64,000 nucleotides of DNA from Anaerolineae bacterium (GCA_963675785.1 OY776562.1:192001-256000); one strand, 5' to 3'; numbered from the stretch's first letter, positions 29,576-39,155 are shown. Notes: a model not told the origin generated them from the sequence alone. Numbers and translations: made by a program.

Positions 29576-30534
29576 ATAAATCTCAACAACATGGTAAACG
29601 CAACGAAGGAGGAGCTGGTACCTCGGTAGGCACTCGCGATGGTGATGCCCGGAGCGATTCCGATCCTACTGGCGCTGATTCACAGCCACGCGTGGGCCAG
29701 ACCTTCCAGTCGCGTCGAATTGATACACCCCTTGATCGTGTGACGCGGCATTCTGGTGGGAAACGCAGCTATACTCACACGACACGCAAGAACGGCCGTT
29801 ACGTCTCTTCACGACCGACGCCCGGCGAGTATGAGGACGTCGCTCTTGATGCAACACTTCGCCAGGCATCAATCTATCAGACTCTGCGCGAACATGACGA
29901 TGTGGCTATTACGTTGACCGATGATGATATACAGCGCAAAGTGCGCGTTCGGCGTGCTGCAAATATGATCGTTTTCGCTGTTGATGCTAGCTGGTCAATG
30001 GCTGCCGCTGAGCGAATGGAAGCCACCAAAGGCGCGATTATGTCACTGTTGGTGGATGCCTATCAAAAGCGTGATTTCGTTTGCTTGATATCTTTTCAAC
30101 GCGATCAGGCCAATCTCGTTTTACCCCCAACGTCCAGTGTCGAAATGGCCAAGCGTGCCTTGCACAATCTCCCCGTGGGAGGTAAAACGCCTCTTTCGGC
30201 GGGCTTGCAGTTGTCATATCGAGTCATCAAGCAGGCACGTCAACAGAACCCGGAAGTTATGCCTCTGCTCGTCCTTCTTACGGATGGTGCTGGCAATGTT
30301 TCTTTTACAGGAAGACCCCCGCACGAAGAGTCATTGGGTTTCGCCCGGCAAATTGCCATGGATCATATTCGAGCTGTAGTAATCAATACAGAACACCAGG
30401 CACTTGACCGCGGACTCGCTAAGGAGCTGGCGCACGCTATGCATGCCCCCTGTTATTCACTCGGAGAGATCAAAGCTGCCAATCTGGTCGACACGGTGCG
30501 TCGCGAATTGGCTACATCACAAGTGAGCGAATGA
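29560..30534 (+). CDS. ChlD-like linker plus VWA domain (-1 frame continuation; ORF track calls only 29692..30534)
   Basis: No stop in this frame from 29560; DVALDATLRQA, MIDAS DASWSM, GGKTPL, LLTDG. Confidence 0.8.
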   Translation, partial: KKNNLDKSQQHGKRNEGGAGTSVGTRDGDARSDSDPTGADSQPRVGQTFQSRRIDTPLDRVTRHSGGKRSYTHTTRKNGRYVSSRPTPGEYEDVALDATLRQASIYQTLREHDDVAITLTDDDIQRKVRVRRAANMIVFAVDASWSMAAAERMEATKGAIMSLLVDAYQKRDFVCLISFQRDQANLVLPPTSSVEMAKRALHNLPVGGKTPLSAGLQLSYRVIKQARQQNPEVMPLLVLLTDGAGNVSFTGRPPHEESLGFARQIAMDHIRAVVINTEHQALDRGLAKELAHAMHAPCYSLGEIKAANLVDTVRRELATSQVSE

Positions 30535-31994
30535 GAGTATCCCGTAAACGACAGCTTCTCGCAGATGGTTTGATGCTTCTTGTCACCATGATTTGGGGTG
30601 GCACTTTTGTCATGGTCAAGGATGCGACGAGCTCGTATCCTGTGTTTCCTTTTCTATCCATACGTTTCGGCATGGCTACCCTTGCGCTCATTTTGGTTGC
30701 TGGTAAGCGCCTGCGCAAACTGGATTGGAAAGGTGTCAGCGCCGGTGTTCTCATCGGTCTCTTTTTATTCGGCGGCTATGCACTGCAAACCTTGGGGCTT
30801 CAGTATACCTCGGCCTCCAAGGCAGCCCTTATTACAGGCTTGAGTGTTGTGCTTGTACCCTTGATCTCTGGAGTACTCAGCAAAAAGTCTCCTGGCGTCT
30901 CGGCGCTTGTTGGTGTTGGCTTGGCTACGGCTGGCTTGTTCTGGCTCACCCTGGGTGGGGCCAGCAAGCTCTCAATCCAGAGTGGTGACCTTATCGTTCT
31001 GGGGGCGGCGATCTGTTTTGCATTGCACATTGTTAGTGTAAGCGTTTTTGCACCGCGAAGTGACGCTTTGGCACTCACCATTGTGCAATTGGCCACCGTT
31101 GCCGTATTGAGCATTGGCATCACTCTAATTCAGGGAAGCGGATCGCCCATCATCTGGCCTACGCCTTCGTGGAATGTCATCGGTGCGGCTGCGTTCACCG
31201 GTATTTTGGCCACTGCCGTTGCTTTTTCCCTGCAAACTGCTATGCAGCGGTTTACAACACCGACCCATACCGCGCTCATTTTTGCCGCCGAGCCTGTCTT
31301 TGGCGTTTTGTTTGGGGTGCTGCTGGCCAACGAACCACTTACAGCACATATTATCGCCGGTGGCTCGCTCATCGTGTTTGGAACAATAGCCAGTGAGATG
31401 AATTGGGATTATGAACTTGCTGAGCGGTTGGAGGATATTCTTAGCCCGCCCATTGTGTTTTTCCCCCTATTGCTTCTCCTTGGACAACTAGGGGCAGAGT
31501 CGCAATTGATCGGGCTGTACTGGTCCTTAGGTATTTCTCTCTTTTCTATTGTGGGGTTGGTTTTTGTTTTTCGCGGAGCATTGAAACGGGGAGCTATCTC
31601 GGATTTCTATGTTTCGCGGCGTCTCGAGCGTATGAATCTAAAACTCGTTGTGCCCGCGCTGATCTCTGTTACTGTTCCTACAATCATGATTTGGGTATTC
31701 AATGGCCCTACGGGATTGCGTGCCGGTTTTGCGGCCATGGTCGTTCTGGCTGCTATCAATTTGGCCGTTACTTCTGTGTGGAAGATTAGCTACCATAGTC
31801 AGGTTACTGCGGCTACTGCCACTGCCTTTGTCCTCACCTTTGGCACTATAGCAACTCCCCTGCTTTTATTGATCCCTGTTGTAATATGGGCGCGCGTCAA
31901 GTTGGATGCGCACACCCTGCCTCAGACTTTGGTTGGGGCCTTTGTGGGTGCTGGCGCAATTGTGCTCGCTTTTAAACATTTTCTCTTGTTTTAG
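30531..31994 (+). CDS. EamA/DMT transporter fused to a C-terminal PAP2-like membrane domain
   Basis: IWGGTF...LQYTSASKAALITG...AEPVFG EamA repeats, then KISYH...WARVKLDAHTLPQTLVG. Confidence 0.8.
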   Translation: MRVSRKRQLLADGLMLLVTMIWGGTFVMVKDATSSYPVFPFLSIRFGMATLALILVAGKRLRKLDWKGVSAGVLIGLFLFGGYALQTLGLQYTSASKAALITGLSVVLVPLISGVLSKKSPGVSALVGVGLATAGLFWLTLGGASKLSIQSGDLIVLGAAICFALHIVSVSVFAPRSDALALTIVQLATVAVLSIGITLIQGSGSPIIWPTPSWNVIGAAAFTGILATAVAFSLQTAMQRFTTPTHTALIFAAEPVFGVLFGVLLANEPLTAHIIAGGSLIVFGTIASEMNWDYELAERLEDILSPPIVFFPLLLLLGQLGAESQLIGLYWSLGISLFSIVGLVFVFRGALKRGAISDFYVSRRLERMNLKLVVPALISVTVPTIMIWVFNGPTGLRAGFAAMVVLAAINLAVTSVWKISYHSQVTAATATAFVLTFGTIATPLLLLIPVVIWARVKLDAHTLPQTLVGAFVGAGAIVLAFKHFLLF

Positions 31995-32124
31995 TTAAAC
32001 CTCACCCTGTTCATTTAATTCCCCCCAAGATATAATGAGTCAAGCATTCTTGCAGGAACAATATTCCGGCGATGTGCGTCTTTGTTGCATAACGCCAAGA
32101 TAACCAGGCAGAAGGAGGTTTGCC

Positions 32125-33582
32125 ATGTTTAGAAAAAATGTATGGCGCCTGCTCTTTGTGGCTAGCATCATGCTTGTCCCACTGGTCATATCATCATCAG
32201 GTTTGGCCCAAAGCTCGGATGCTTCGCCCACAGAGATGGAGGTATCTAGTGTGGAGCTCACCATCTATAACCAGGATAGAGGCGTTGTCAAAGAACAACG
32301 GACTGTCGTCCTGGCTGAAGGCGTCAATGAGGTGCGCTTTACAGATGTCGCCTCAAGCATTGACCCTACCACAGTGCAGGTTGTCTCTTTAACGGATCCA
32401 GAGGGGACACACGTGCTGGAGCAGAATTATGAATATGACCTGGTCGGCAGTACAAAACTGCTGGAAAAGTACATTGATCAGGAGATCGAGCTCACCACGG
32501 TAGAGGGTTCTACGTATACGGGAACGCTGCTTTCTGCCAGCGATGGCATTGTTCTAGAGACGGAAGAGGGCATTCGCCTTATCAATTCGGATCAGGTGCG
32601 CGAGTTTATGTTCCCTCAGCTTCCCGATGGTCTTCTTACCAAGCCAACACTTGTCTGGCTTGTGGAATCGGCGGCTCCGGGCGAACAAACACTGCGTACC
32701 ACCTATATGACCAGCGGAATCACCTGGGATGCAGACTATGTCGCCGTGCTTTCAAACGATGATAGTGAGATGGCGCTTAACGGCTGGGTAACGATTGTGA
32801 ACAATTCTGGTGCCACCTATACCGATGCGTTGGTCAAACTTGTGGCAGGTGATGTGAATGTCGAATCTACCCAGACGATACGCGCTACTGATTTGGTTTA
32901 TGCAGCCGAAGCTGCTGTGAGTACAGATGTGGAAGAGCGTGATCTTTTTGAATATCACGTCTACGAGATTCAGCGCCCTGTCACGGTCAAAGATGCCCAA
33001 ACCAAACAAATCGAATTCACATCGGCGCCAACCGTTGATGTGAACAAGGTGTATTTGTTCGAAGGCGTACCCATTACCTACAGCGCTTATAGCGTATACA
33101 CCGATCCGACCTATGGGACGGGCTATACTACAGATATTCAGGTGCTGGTCGAATTCACCAACAGTGAAGAGGCTGGGCTAGGGTTGCCTTTGCCGGCAGG
33201 TACGGTGCGTGTCTATCAAGAAGACGTGGATGGTAGCCCCGAGTTTGTGGGTGAGGATTCCATCGACCACACGCCCAAGAATGAAGACCTCTCTCTCTAC
33301 CTAGGTAACGCCTTTGATCTCGTTGGTGAGCGCACACAGCTTGATGTGGTGAGCCGGGGCGATATTGGAATGGATGAGACGATTGAAATTACCCTGCGTA
33401 ACCACAAGGACGAAGACGTTACTATACGCGTGATCGAATATCTCTTCCGTGCTGAGGATGCGACCATCACCAAAGCTGATGCAGACTATGAGATGGTGGA
33501 TGCGCACACGGCTCAATTTGATGTCGATGTGCCGGCTGATGGGGAAGCAACTGTAACCTATACGGTGCGCTACACCTGGTAA
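32125..33582 (+). CDS. Secreted DUF4139/DUF4140-family protein
   Basis: Signal peptide; ELTIYNQD, EQNYEYDL, GITWDADY, LPLPAGTVRVY, IDHTPKNE; AGGAGG RBS. Confidence 0.85.
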   Translation: MFRKNVWRLLFVASIMLVPLVISSSGLAQSSDASPTEMEVSSVELTIYNQDRGVVKEQRTVVLAEGVNEVRFTDVASSIDPTTVQVVSLTDPEGTHVLEQNYEYDLVGSTKLLEKYIDQEIELTTVEGSTYTGTLLSASDGIVLETEEGIRLINSDQVREFMFPQLPDGLLTKPTLVWLVESAAPGEQTLRTTYMTSGITWDADYVAVLSNDDSEMALNGWVTIVNNSGATYTDALVKLVAGDVNVESTQTIRATDLVYAAEAAVSTDVEERDLFEYHVYEIQRPVTVKDAQTKQIEFTSAPTVDVNKVYLFEGVPITYSAYSVYTDPTYGTGYTTDIQVLVEFTNSEEAGLGLPLPAGTVRVYQEDVDGSPEFVGEDSIDHTPKNEDLSLYLGNAFDLVGERTQLDVVSRGDIGMDETIEITLRNHKDEDVTIRVIEYLFRAEDATITKADADYEMVDAHTAQFDVDVPADGEATVTYTVRYTW

Positions 33583-33593
33583 TGCTCTGATAG

Positions 33594-33624
33594 AAAAAGC
33601 CCCTGTAAAAGCAGGGGCTTTTTT
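33594..33624. terminator. Bidirectional intrinsic terminator
   Basis: AAAAAGCCCCTG...CAGGGGCTTTTTT. Confidence 0.85.
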
Positions 33625-33647
33625 CATGCCTGTGGATTTGAACTAGG

Positions 33648-34028
33648 CTAGCGTGTTCGAGCTTTTTCCATAAAGCGCTGGCTCTCGACGATATAGCGCG
33701 TGTGAGAGGCAGAAGCGATAGAACCGGCGTCGTCCCATGCAGAAAGCTCAATATAGAGCTTTTTGCCGTTTTGCTCGATGACCTTGGCTATGACACGAAC
33801 CATCCGACCAATAGTCGATGGGGCGATGTGTTGCATCGCGATATCGCCACCGACAGTAGTTTGGCCTTTTTCAAGTAAGCCTTTACAGGCCTCAACGGCC
33901 GTACGTTCCATCCAAGCGATCAACCGAGGGGTAGCCAGCACTTGTAATTCGCCGCTCATTACGATAGCGGCAGTGTCTTGAAGTGTGACTTGGGCAGAGA
34001 ATTCAGCATGTGCCAGGGGATCGCTCAT
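33648..34028 (-). CDS. Hotdog-fold thioesterase (FlK-like)
   Basis: VLATPRLIAWME...TTVG...HIAPS; AGGAGAG RBS before ATG 34028. Confidence 0.85.
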   Translation of the reverse strand: MSDPLAHAEFSAQVTLQDTAAIVMSGELQVLATPRLIAWMERTAVEACKGLLEKGQTTVGGDIAMQHIAPSTIGRMVRVIAKVIEQNGKKLYIELSAWDDAGSIASASHTRYIVESQRFMEKARTR

Positions 34029-34043
34029 TTTGTCTCTCCTATG

Positions 34044-34077
34044 AAAAAAGGGCCGAACTAGATGCGTTCGACCCCTT
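34044..34077 (-). terminator. Intrinsic terminator after ftsH
   Basis: GGGTCGAAC...GTTCGGCCC followed by a U-tract on the minus strand. Confidence 0.7.
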
Positions 34078-34086
34078 TCTGTAAGG

Positions 34087-35931
34087 CTAGATTGAAATTG
34101 GTTCTGATTGCATGATCGCCTCGAATTCGGGTGCATCAAGCGTTTCGCGTTCGATAAGTGCTTGTGCAATCGCATCGAGCTTGTCCCGCGATGTGATAAG
34201 GACTTCTTTTGCTCGCTGGTAAGCAATGTCGAGCAAGTTCTTGATCTCGACATCGATCTTGGAGGCCATCTCTTCCGAATAATCGCGCTGTTCGCCGATT
34301 TCGCGTCCGAGGAAGACCATTTCTTCTTTTTGGCCGAATGTACGTTGCCCCAGGGCTTCGGTCATGGCGTACTCGGTGACCATGGCACGGGCTGTTTGGG
34401 TAGCGCGCCGCAAATCGCTGCTGGCTCCTGTGGTAATGTCGTTAAAGACGAGTTCCTCTGCCACACGGCCGCCAAGCATAGCTGCCAGCTCATCTTCAAA
34501 CTGAGCTTTGGATTGCAGGCGAAGTCGGCTATCGTCCTCCGGAAGCGACATGGTATAGCCACCGGCCATGCCACGGGCAATGATCGATACTTTGTGAACC
34601 GGATCACAGTTGGGAAGAGTATGGAAGATGATGGCATGCCCAGCCTCATGATAAGCAGTGAGTCGCTTTTCATGTTCGGTGATCAGGCGGCTTTTGCGCT
34701 CGGGTCCGGCAATAACGCGCTCAATAGCTTCTTGGAGTTCATCCATCCCGATGCGCGACTTGTTACGACGTGCAGCCAGAATAGCGGCTTCGTTAACAAA
34801 GTTTTCAATATCGGCGCCGGTAAAGCCCGGCGTCTGCTTGGCCAGCACCAAAAGATCAACATCATCTGCCAGAGGTTTACCCTGGACATGAACCTTGAGA
34901 ATGCCTTCTCGCCCGCGACGATCTGGTCGGTCGAGGACTACACGACGGTCAAAACGCCCGGGGCGCAGTAGGGCTGGGTCCAGGATGTCCGGTCGGTTGG
35001 TAGCGGCGATGACGATTACCTTGGTATCGGTTTCAAAGCCGTCCATCTCTACCAGAATCTGGTTGAGGGTCTGTTCACGCTCGTCGTGGCTGCCGCCAAG
35101 CCCTGTGCCGCGCTGTCGGCCTACGGCATCAATCTCGTCGACAAAGATAATACAAGGGCTGTTGCGCTTGGCCTGATCAAACAGGTCACGCACGCGGCTT
35201 GCGCCCACGCCCACAAACATTTCTACAAACTCGGAACCGCTGATCGAGAAAAAGGGTACACCGGCCTCGCCTGCAACAGCGCGCGCCATGAGCGTCTTGC
35301 CTGTGCCTGGCGGGCCTACAAGAAGCACGCCCTTGGGAATGCGTGCTCCCAAGGCGGTAAATTTCTCGGGTTCTTTGAGAAATTCGACAATCTCTTGAAG
35401 TCCTTCTTTGGCTTCGTCAGCCCCGGCCACATTATCAAATGTGGTAGTCGAACGGTCGCCAGTGAACATTTTGGCACGGCTGCGGCCAAAAGACATGGCC
35501 TGGTTGTTGCCAGATTGTGCCTGTCGCAGCATCATCACCAACATGACGCCGAAAATCACCAGCGGCACGATTTGGATCAAAAGGATGCCAACGCCGTCCC
35601 AAATACTTGGGCTTTCGGCGTAGACATTGGGGATAGTGGCCAGCTCTTCTGCAGTTACACCCAGGTTCATCAAGGACTCGCCAAAGCTGATATCTGGCTC
35701 CTTGTATGAGATGTACTGCAGATAACTGTTGCCTTGCGGAACAAGGATCGTCAAATCGCCATCCGCGCCAATAGTAATTTCTTGAATATTGCCCTCTTTG
35801 ATGAGAGAGGCAACTTCAGAAAGAGATATCTCCTGAGTTTGCGTCGGAGAAAAGAGACTGAACATCAACAGCATGGCTGCTGCCATGATCAAGACATATA
35901 CAAAAGCATTTTTTTGCCAATTGGGCGCCAC
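34087..35931 (-). CDS. ftsH: ATP-dependent zinc metalloprotease FtsH
   Basis: Two TM helices, [28 protein letters not shown]. Confidence 0.97.
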   Translation of the reverse strand: MAPNWQKNAFVYVLIMAAAMLLMFSLFSPTQTQEISLSEVASLIKEGNIQEITIGADGDLTILVPQGNSYLQYISYKEPDISFGESLMNLGVTAEELATIPNVYAESPSIWDGVGILLIQIVPLVIFGVMLVMMLRQAQSGNNQAMSFGRSRAKMFTGDRSTTTFDNVAGADEAKEGLQEIVEFLKEPEKFTALGARIPKGVLLVGPPGTGKTLMARAVAGEAGVPFFSISGSEFVEMFVGVGASRVRDLFDQAKRNSPCIIFVDEIDAVGRQRGTGLGGSHDEREQTLNQILVEMDGFETDTKVIVIAATNRPDILDPALLRPGRFDRRVVLDRPDRRGREGILKVHVQGKPLADDVDLLVLAKQTPGFTGADIENFVNEAAILAARRNKSRIGMDELQEAIERVIAGPERKSRLITEHEKRLTAYHEAGHAIIFHTLPNCDPVHKVSIIARGMAGGYTMSLPEDDSRLRLQSKAQFEDELAAMLGGRVAEELVFNDITTGASSDLRRATQTARAMVTEYAMTEALGQRTFGQKEEMVFLGREIGEQRDYSEEMASKIDVEIKNLLDIAYQRAKEVLITSRDKLDAIAQALIERETLDAPEFEAIMQSEPISI

Positions 35932-36079
35932 AGAAATCTCCTTGAATCAGTGCAAAAATATAACGTACTTTCGCATAGTGCATTCTACCACAGGGTGAGG
36001 GGCAAAGCCAGAATTGCTAAAAACCGAGATAAAACAAAATCGGCCTGTTATCTGCCAGACCGATTTCGGTGCTGCTGAG

Positions 36080-36151
36080 TGGGCCCACCCGGATTCGAAC
36101 CAGGGACCAACCGGTTATGAGCCGGCAGCTCTGCCGCTGAGCTATGGGCCC
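36080..36151 (-). tRNA. tRNA with CAT anticodon, probably tRNA-Ile2 (lysidine)
   Basis: GGGCCCATAGCTCAGCGGCAGAGC...CTCATAA...TTCGAATCCGGGTGGGCCCA; paired 1:72 so not initiator; upstream TTGACG-N17-TAAAAT; Ile2 versus elongator Met is inferred. Confidence 0.85.
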
Positions 36152-36209
36152 GTTCCTCAATCAGCGATTTTACCATCTGGGTTGAGGGGCGTCAAACTCT
36201 ATGTATACG

Positions 36210-37433
36210 CTACGAGTTTGTGCACAAATCTGGATTCTCCGGTCCGTAATGGCGCAATAGCACTAGGGGTTCTGTTTGTGAGTCGTTTATTATCTGTACA
36301 CCGTCTTTGGCCGCATCTTCTGTTACCCAGAACTCGTCTTGAGTGATCTGTTCAAAGCGAACAAGTGTTGGTGATTCGACGGCGTGCGCGCCCATTTGGC
36401 CGTGCCCCTGGATAAAGATGACGCCATAGGCGGCGCTATCGTGCAGGGTTACACAGGCCCCTGGCAGAATGGTTGTCTCTTTGGCGCTAAAGTCCGGGCT
36501 CTTGTAGGTGATCCACATATCGGCATAGCCTGCAGCCTGCTGTTCGTCATATGCTCCTGCGGGCTTGGGCTTCATAAAGCGGTGTGCAGCAAAGTCAGGA
36601 TCGAGATTGTCTTCCCAATTGATCATATCCAAAAGATAATCCAAGTCCTGTTGATGATCTGTGGGCACATTTTTGACCAGTAGATCCCAACTGATGGGTT
36701 GTTCATCTACCAGAGACTCAAACATGGCATAGACATCGCTAGCATATTGCGGTTCATAGGTCAGAAGGCTGCCTGGAGCGTGCAGTACACCAGCGGGCAC
36801 ATCCCAGCCGGTGCCGGGCCGCAGAGCATAGGCCCGCGAGAGATCGGTGATGTTGTTATCGCCCTGGTTCCACGTTTCCAGGCAGTGGCGCACTTCATCG
36901 CGCGTGGTACCCGACTTGAACCCGAAAAAGGTGTAGGGGAATCGGCCTCCGTAATTGTTTAGCTGTATAGGGAAATAGTATGACTCTGGTTTGGGCTCCA
37001 TACCCATACGCCGGGCGGCCTCATCCATCTGATGCAGATGAAAGGGCAGTGGGCCGAGGTTGTCAAAGAACTTGGAATAGACGGGTAGTTTGCCGTATTT
37101 GCTCATGAGGCGTTGGCCTATGATGGCAGCGCCCATCTCTTCGACGGCATCGCGCAGCAGAATCAGGCTATAGCCGGTGTCATCGGGCACCACGATCTCA
37201 GACAGACCCTCATTGGGCGTGGTGCTGGGGCCGTTATCGGCGCGGGTGGTGGAGCAGAACCAGCGCTCGTCAATGCCGCCGCGATCGGCGCCATATGCAT
37301 AGAGATCGTCGGGATGCAGCTTGAGGCGGCGCCCAGGGATGCAAAAAACGCGAGGCACCCAGGTGGGCTTGAGCTGCAAAATGCCCTCGCCTGCGTTCAA
37401 AGCGCGATCAACCAACTGTTTCGTATTTGCCAT
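36210..37433 (-). CDS. Cupin / type I phosphomannose-isomerase-like protein of unknown substrate
   Basis: PFHLHQ...KPESYYF...GVLHAPG...YEPQ metal-ligand pattern; GAGGAG RBS. Confidence 0.65.
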   Translation of the reverse strand: MANTKQLVDRALNAGEGILQLKPTWVPRVFCIPGRRLKLHPDDLYAYGADRGGIDERWFCSTTRADNGPSTTPNEGLSEIVVPDDTGYSLILLRDAVEEMGAAIIGQRLMSKYGKLPVYSKFFDNLGPLPFHLHQMDEAARRMGMEPKPESYYFPIQLNNYGGRFPYTFFGFKSGTTRDEVRHCLETWNQGDNNITDLSRAYALRPGTGWDVPAGVLHAPGSLLTYEPQYASDVYAMFESLVDEQPISWDLLVKNVPTDHQQDLDYLLDMINWEDNLDPDFAAHRFMKPKPAGAYDEQQAAGYADMWITYKSPDFSAKETTILPGACVTLHDSAAYGVIFIQGHGQMGAHAVESPTLVRFEQITQDEFWVTEDAAKDGVQIINDSQTEPLVLLRHYGPENPDLCTNS

Positions 37434-37525
37434 GTTTTCTCCTCATACAATCAATCGGGGCAGAGCTTTGGCAGCATGGTAATCTGTGACTTGGGCAAAA
37501 GCAAGCGACTTTGGAGATATATATG

Positions 37526-37570
37526 AAAAGAAAACCGTCCCCAGCAATACCAGGGACGGCTTTCTCTTTT
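37526..37570 (-). terminator. Terminator of the tRNA-Pro/Gly transcript
   Basis: CCGTCCC...GGGACGG hairpin flanked by A/T tracts. Confidence 0.75.
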
Positions 37571-37572
37571 AG

Positions 37573-37645
37573 AGCGGGAGACGAGATTCGAACTCGCGAC
37601 AACCTACTTGGAAGGCAGGAGCTCTGCCAACTGAGCTACTCCCGC
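37573..37645 (-). tRNA. tRNA-Gly(TCC)
   Basis: GCGGGAGTAGCTCAGTTGG...CCTGC-CTTCCAA-GTAGG...TTCGAATCTCGTCTCCCGCT. Confidence 0.95.
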
Positions 37646-37664
37646 ATCTAGCTTACAGGGCCAG

Positions 37665-37737
37665 TCGGGGTGAGAGGACTTGAACCTCCGACTTCAGCGT
37701 CCCAAACGCTGCGCGCTGCCAACTGCGCCACACCCCG
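37665..37737 (-). tRNA. tRNA-Pro(TGG)
   Basis: CGGGGTGTGGCGCAGTTGG...CAGCG-TTTGGGA-CGCTG...TTCAAGTCCTCTCACCCCGA. Confidence 0.95.
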
Positions 37738-37746
37738 TCAAACGGT

Positions 37747-37775
37747 AGTATAGGGTATTGCCCTCTTTTCGTCAA
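37747..37775 (-). promoter_or_regulatory. sigma70 promoter of tRNA-Pro/Gly
   Basis: TTGACG-N17-TATACT about 10 nt upstream of tRNA-Pro. Confidence 0.75.
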
Positions 37776-37864
37776 AGCTACCTCTGCCTAATTTCGGACT
37801 TGGCTAGTAAGCGATCTGGGCGTATTCTGTTACATGTGTCGCATTTGAAGGAGGATATACTTCC

Positions 37865-39106
37865 ATGTCTCCTGTTAAGGTTCACATTGGTCATGATGCA
37901 TTATCGGCGCTGGTCTCATACTGCGCTGAACACAGTATCGACCGCGTCCTCATGGTGGCCGACGAGAATACCTACGAGGCCTTGGGGTGCCGCGCACACG
38001 AAGCACTAAAAGCGAGTGGATGTGATGTCCTGCTGGTCAAGTTCACGGATGATGAGCTCGCCGCCGATGCTGACGCCGTCATGGATGTCCTGCTTAATGA
38101 GGATCGCCAGGGGCGTACGTATGTTTCTGTAGGTAGTGGCACCATCACTGATATCACCCGCCTGGTCAGCCATCGAGTAGGGGCGTCGTTTATCGCCCTG
38201 CCCACGGCTCCTTCGGTGGATGGTTATGCCTCAGTGAGTGCTCCAGTAGTGATTCGCCGCTTTAAAAAGACGGTCAATGCCCAAGGGCCAGAAGCAATCT
38301 TTGGTGATCTGGACACGCTGGCCAATTCGCCTGTGGCAATGCGCGCCGCTGGCTTTGGCGATATGTTGGGCAAGTATATTTGCCTTGCCGATTGGCAGTT
38401 AGGTCGCATTCTGTTGGAAGAGCGCTATGACGAGGTTGTGGCGGCGCAGACGCGGCAGGCCCTGGAAAACTGTGTGGCTGTAGCGGATGGCATCGGCTCT
38501 GGAGATCCACAGGCGGTCAAAACCCTGCTAGAAGCCCTTATCGATTCTGGTTTGTCCATGTTGGCCTATGGTAATTCCCGCCCGGCTTCTGGTGCCGAAC
38601 ATCACCTCTCTCACTTTTGGGAGATGAAACTATTGCATGAGGGGCGCCCCGCTGTATTGCATGGCGCCAAGGTCGGTGTCGGTGCGGTGTTAATGTCTGA
38701 GCGTTACCATCGTTTGCGAACTATGACATGCGATGATGTGCTGGACTGCCTACAGAAGGCCGAGATTTGTTCCCGTGAGCAACAGGAACGCGAGATTCGT
38801 GCAGGGTATGGGGAATTGGCTGAATCTGTCATCGCCAATTATGGGCCTTTTCTCGTTAGTTCTGGGGAAATCATTCGAGTATGTGAAAAGGTGATGCATC
38901 ACTGGTACCAGATTCAAGAGGTGGCAGCGACTGTTCCCGAACCCGAGGTGATGCGTGATTTGTTGCAGCGTGCGGGCGGTGCCGTTGAAGCTTTGGAACT
39001 TGGTTTGGACAACGATGAGCGGGATGCAGCTTTGCACTATGCACGTTATTTGCGTCCCCGCTTTACGATATTGACACTGGATGCCATACTTGGCTTGGAG
39101 CCCTAG
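37865..39106 (+). CDS. egsA: sn-glycerol-1-phosphate dehydrogenase (EgsA/AraM type)
   Basis: VGSGTITDITR, PTAPSVDGYAS, AGFGDMLGK, SRPASGAEHHLSHFWE, LHGAKVG. Confidence 0.88.
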   Translation: MSPVKVHIGHDALSALVSYCAEHSIDRVLMVADENTYEALGCRAHEALKASGCDVLLVKFTDDELAADADAVMDVLLNEDRQGRTYVSVGSGTITDITRLVSHRVGASFIALPTAPSVDGYASVSAPVVIRRFKKTVNAQGPEAIFGDLDTLANSPVAMRAAGFGDMLGKYICLADWQLGRILLEERYDEVVAAQTRQALENCVAVADGIGSGDPQAVKTLLEALIDSGLSMLAYGNSRPASGAEHHLSHFWEMKLLHEGRPAVLHGAKVGVGAVLMSERYHRLRTMTCDDVLDCLQKAEICSREQQEREIRAGYGELAESVIANYGPFLVSSGEIIRVCEKVMHHWYQIQEVAATVPEPEVMRDLLQRAGGAVEALELGLDNDERDAALHYARYLRPRFTILTLDAILGLEP

Positions 39107-39109
39107 GGG

Positions 39110-39138
39110 AACAAAGACCGGACGCTTAGCGTCCGGTC
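39110..39138. terminator. Hairpin terminator between egsA and selC
   Basis: GACCGGACGC-TTA-GCGTCCGGTC, with TTTGTT on the minus strand. Confidence 0.7.
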
Positions 39139-39155
39139 CATGGCATTCAGGTAGG

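Noticed and set aside
28481-30534. Photosynthesis gene cluster, or a chlD pseudogene
   Set aside because: No bch/puf genes or large chelatase subunit nearby; both halves keep intact motifs and the break falls exactly on a slippery A9 run
34108-35709. Long antisense ORFs over ftsH, and similar shadow ORFs over hypF, pheST and the glycoside hydrolases
   Set aside because: They lie opposite well-supported genes, have no recognisable motifs and are expected from codon bias at this GC content
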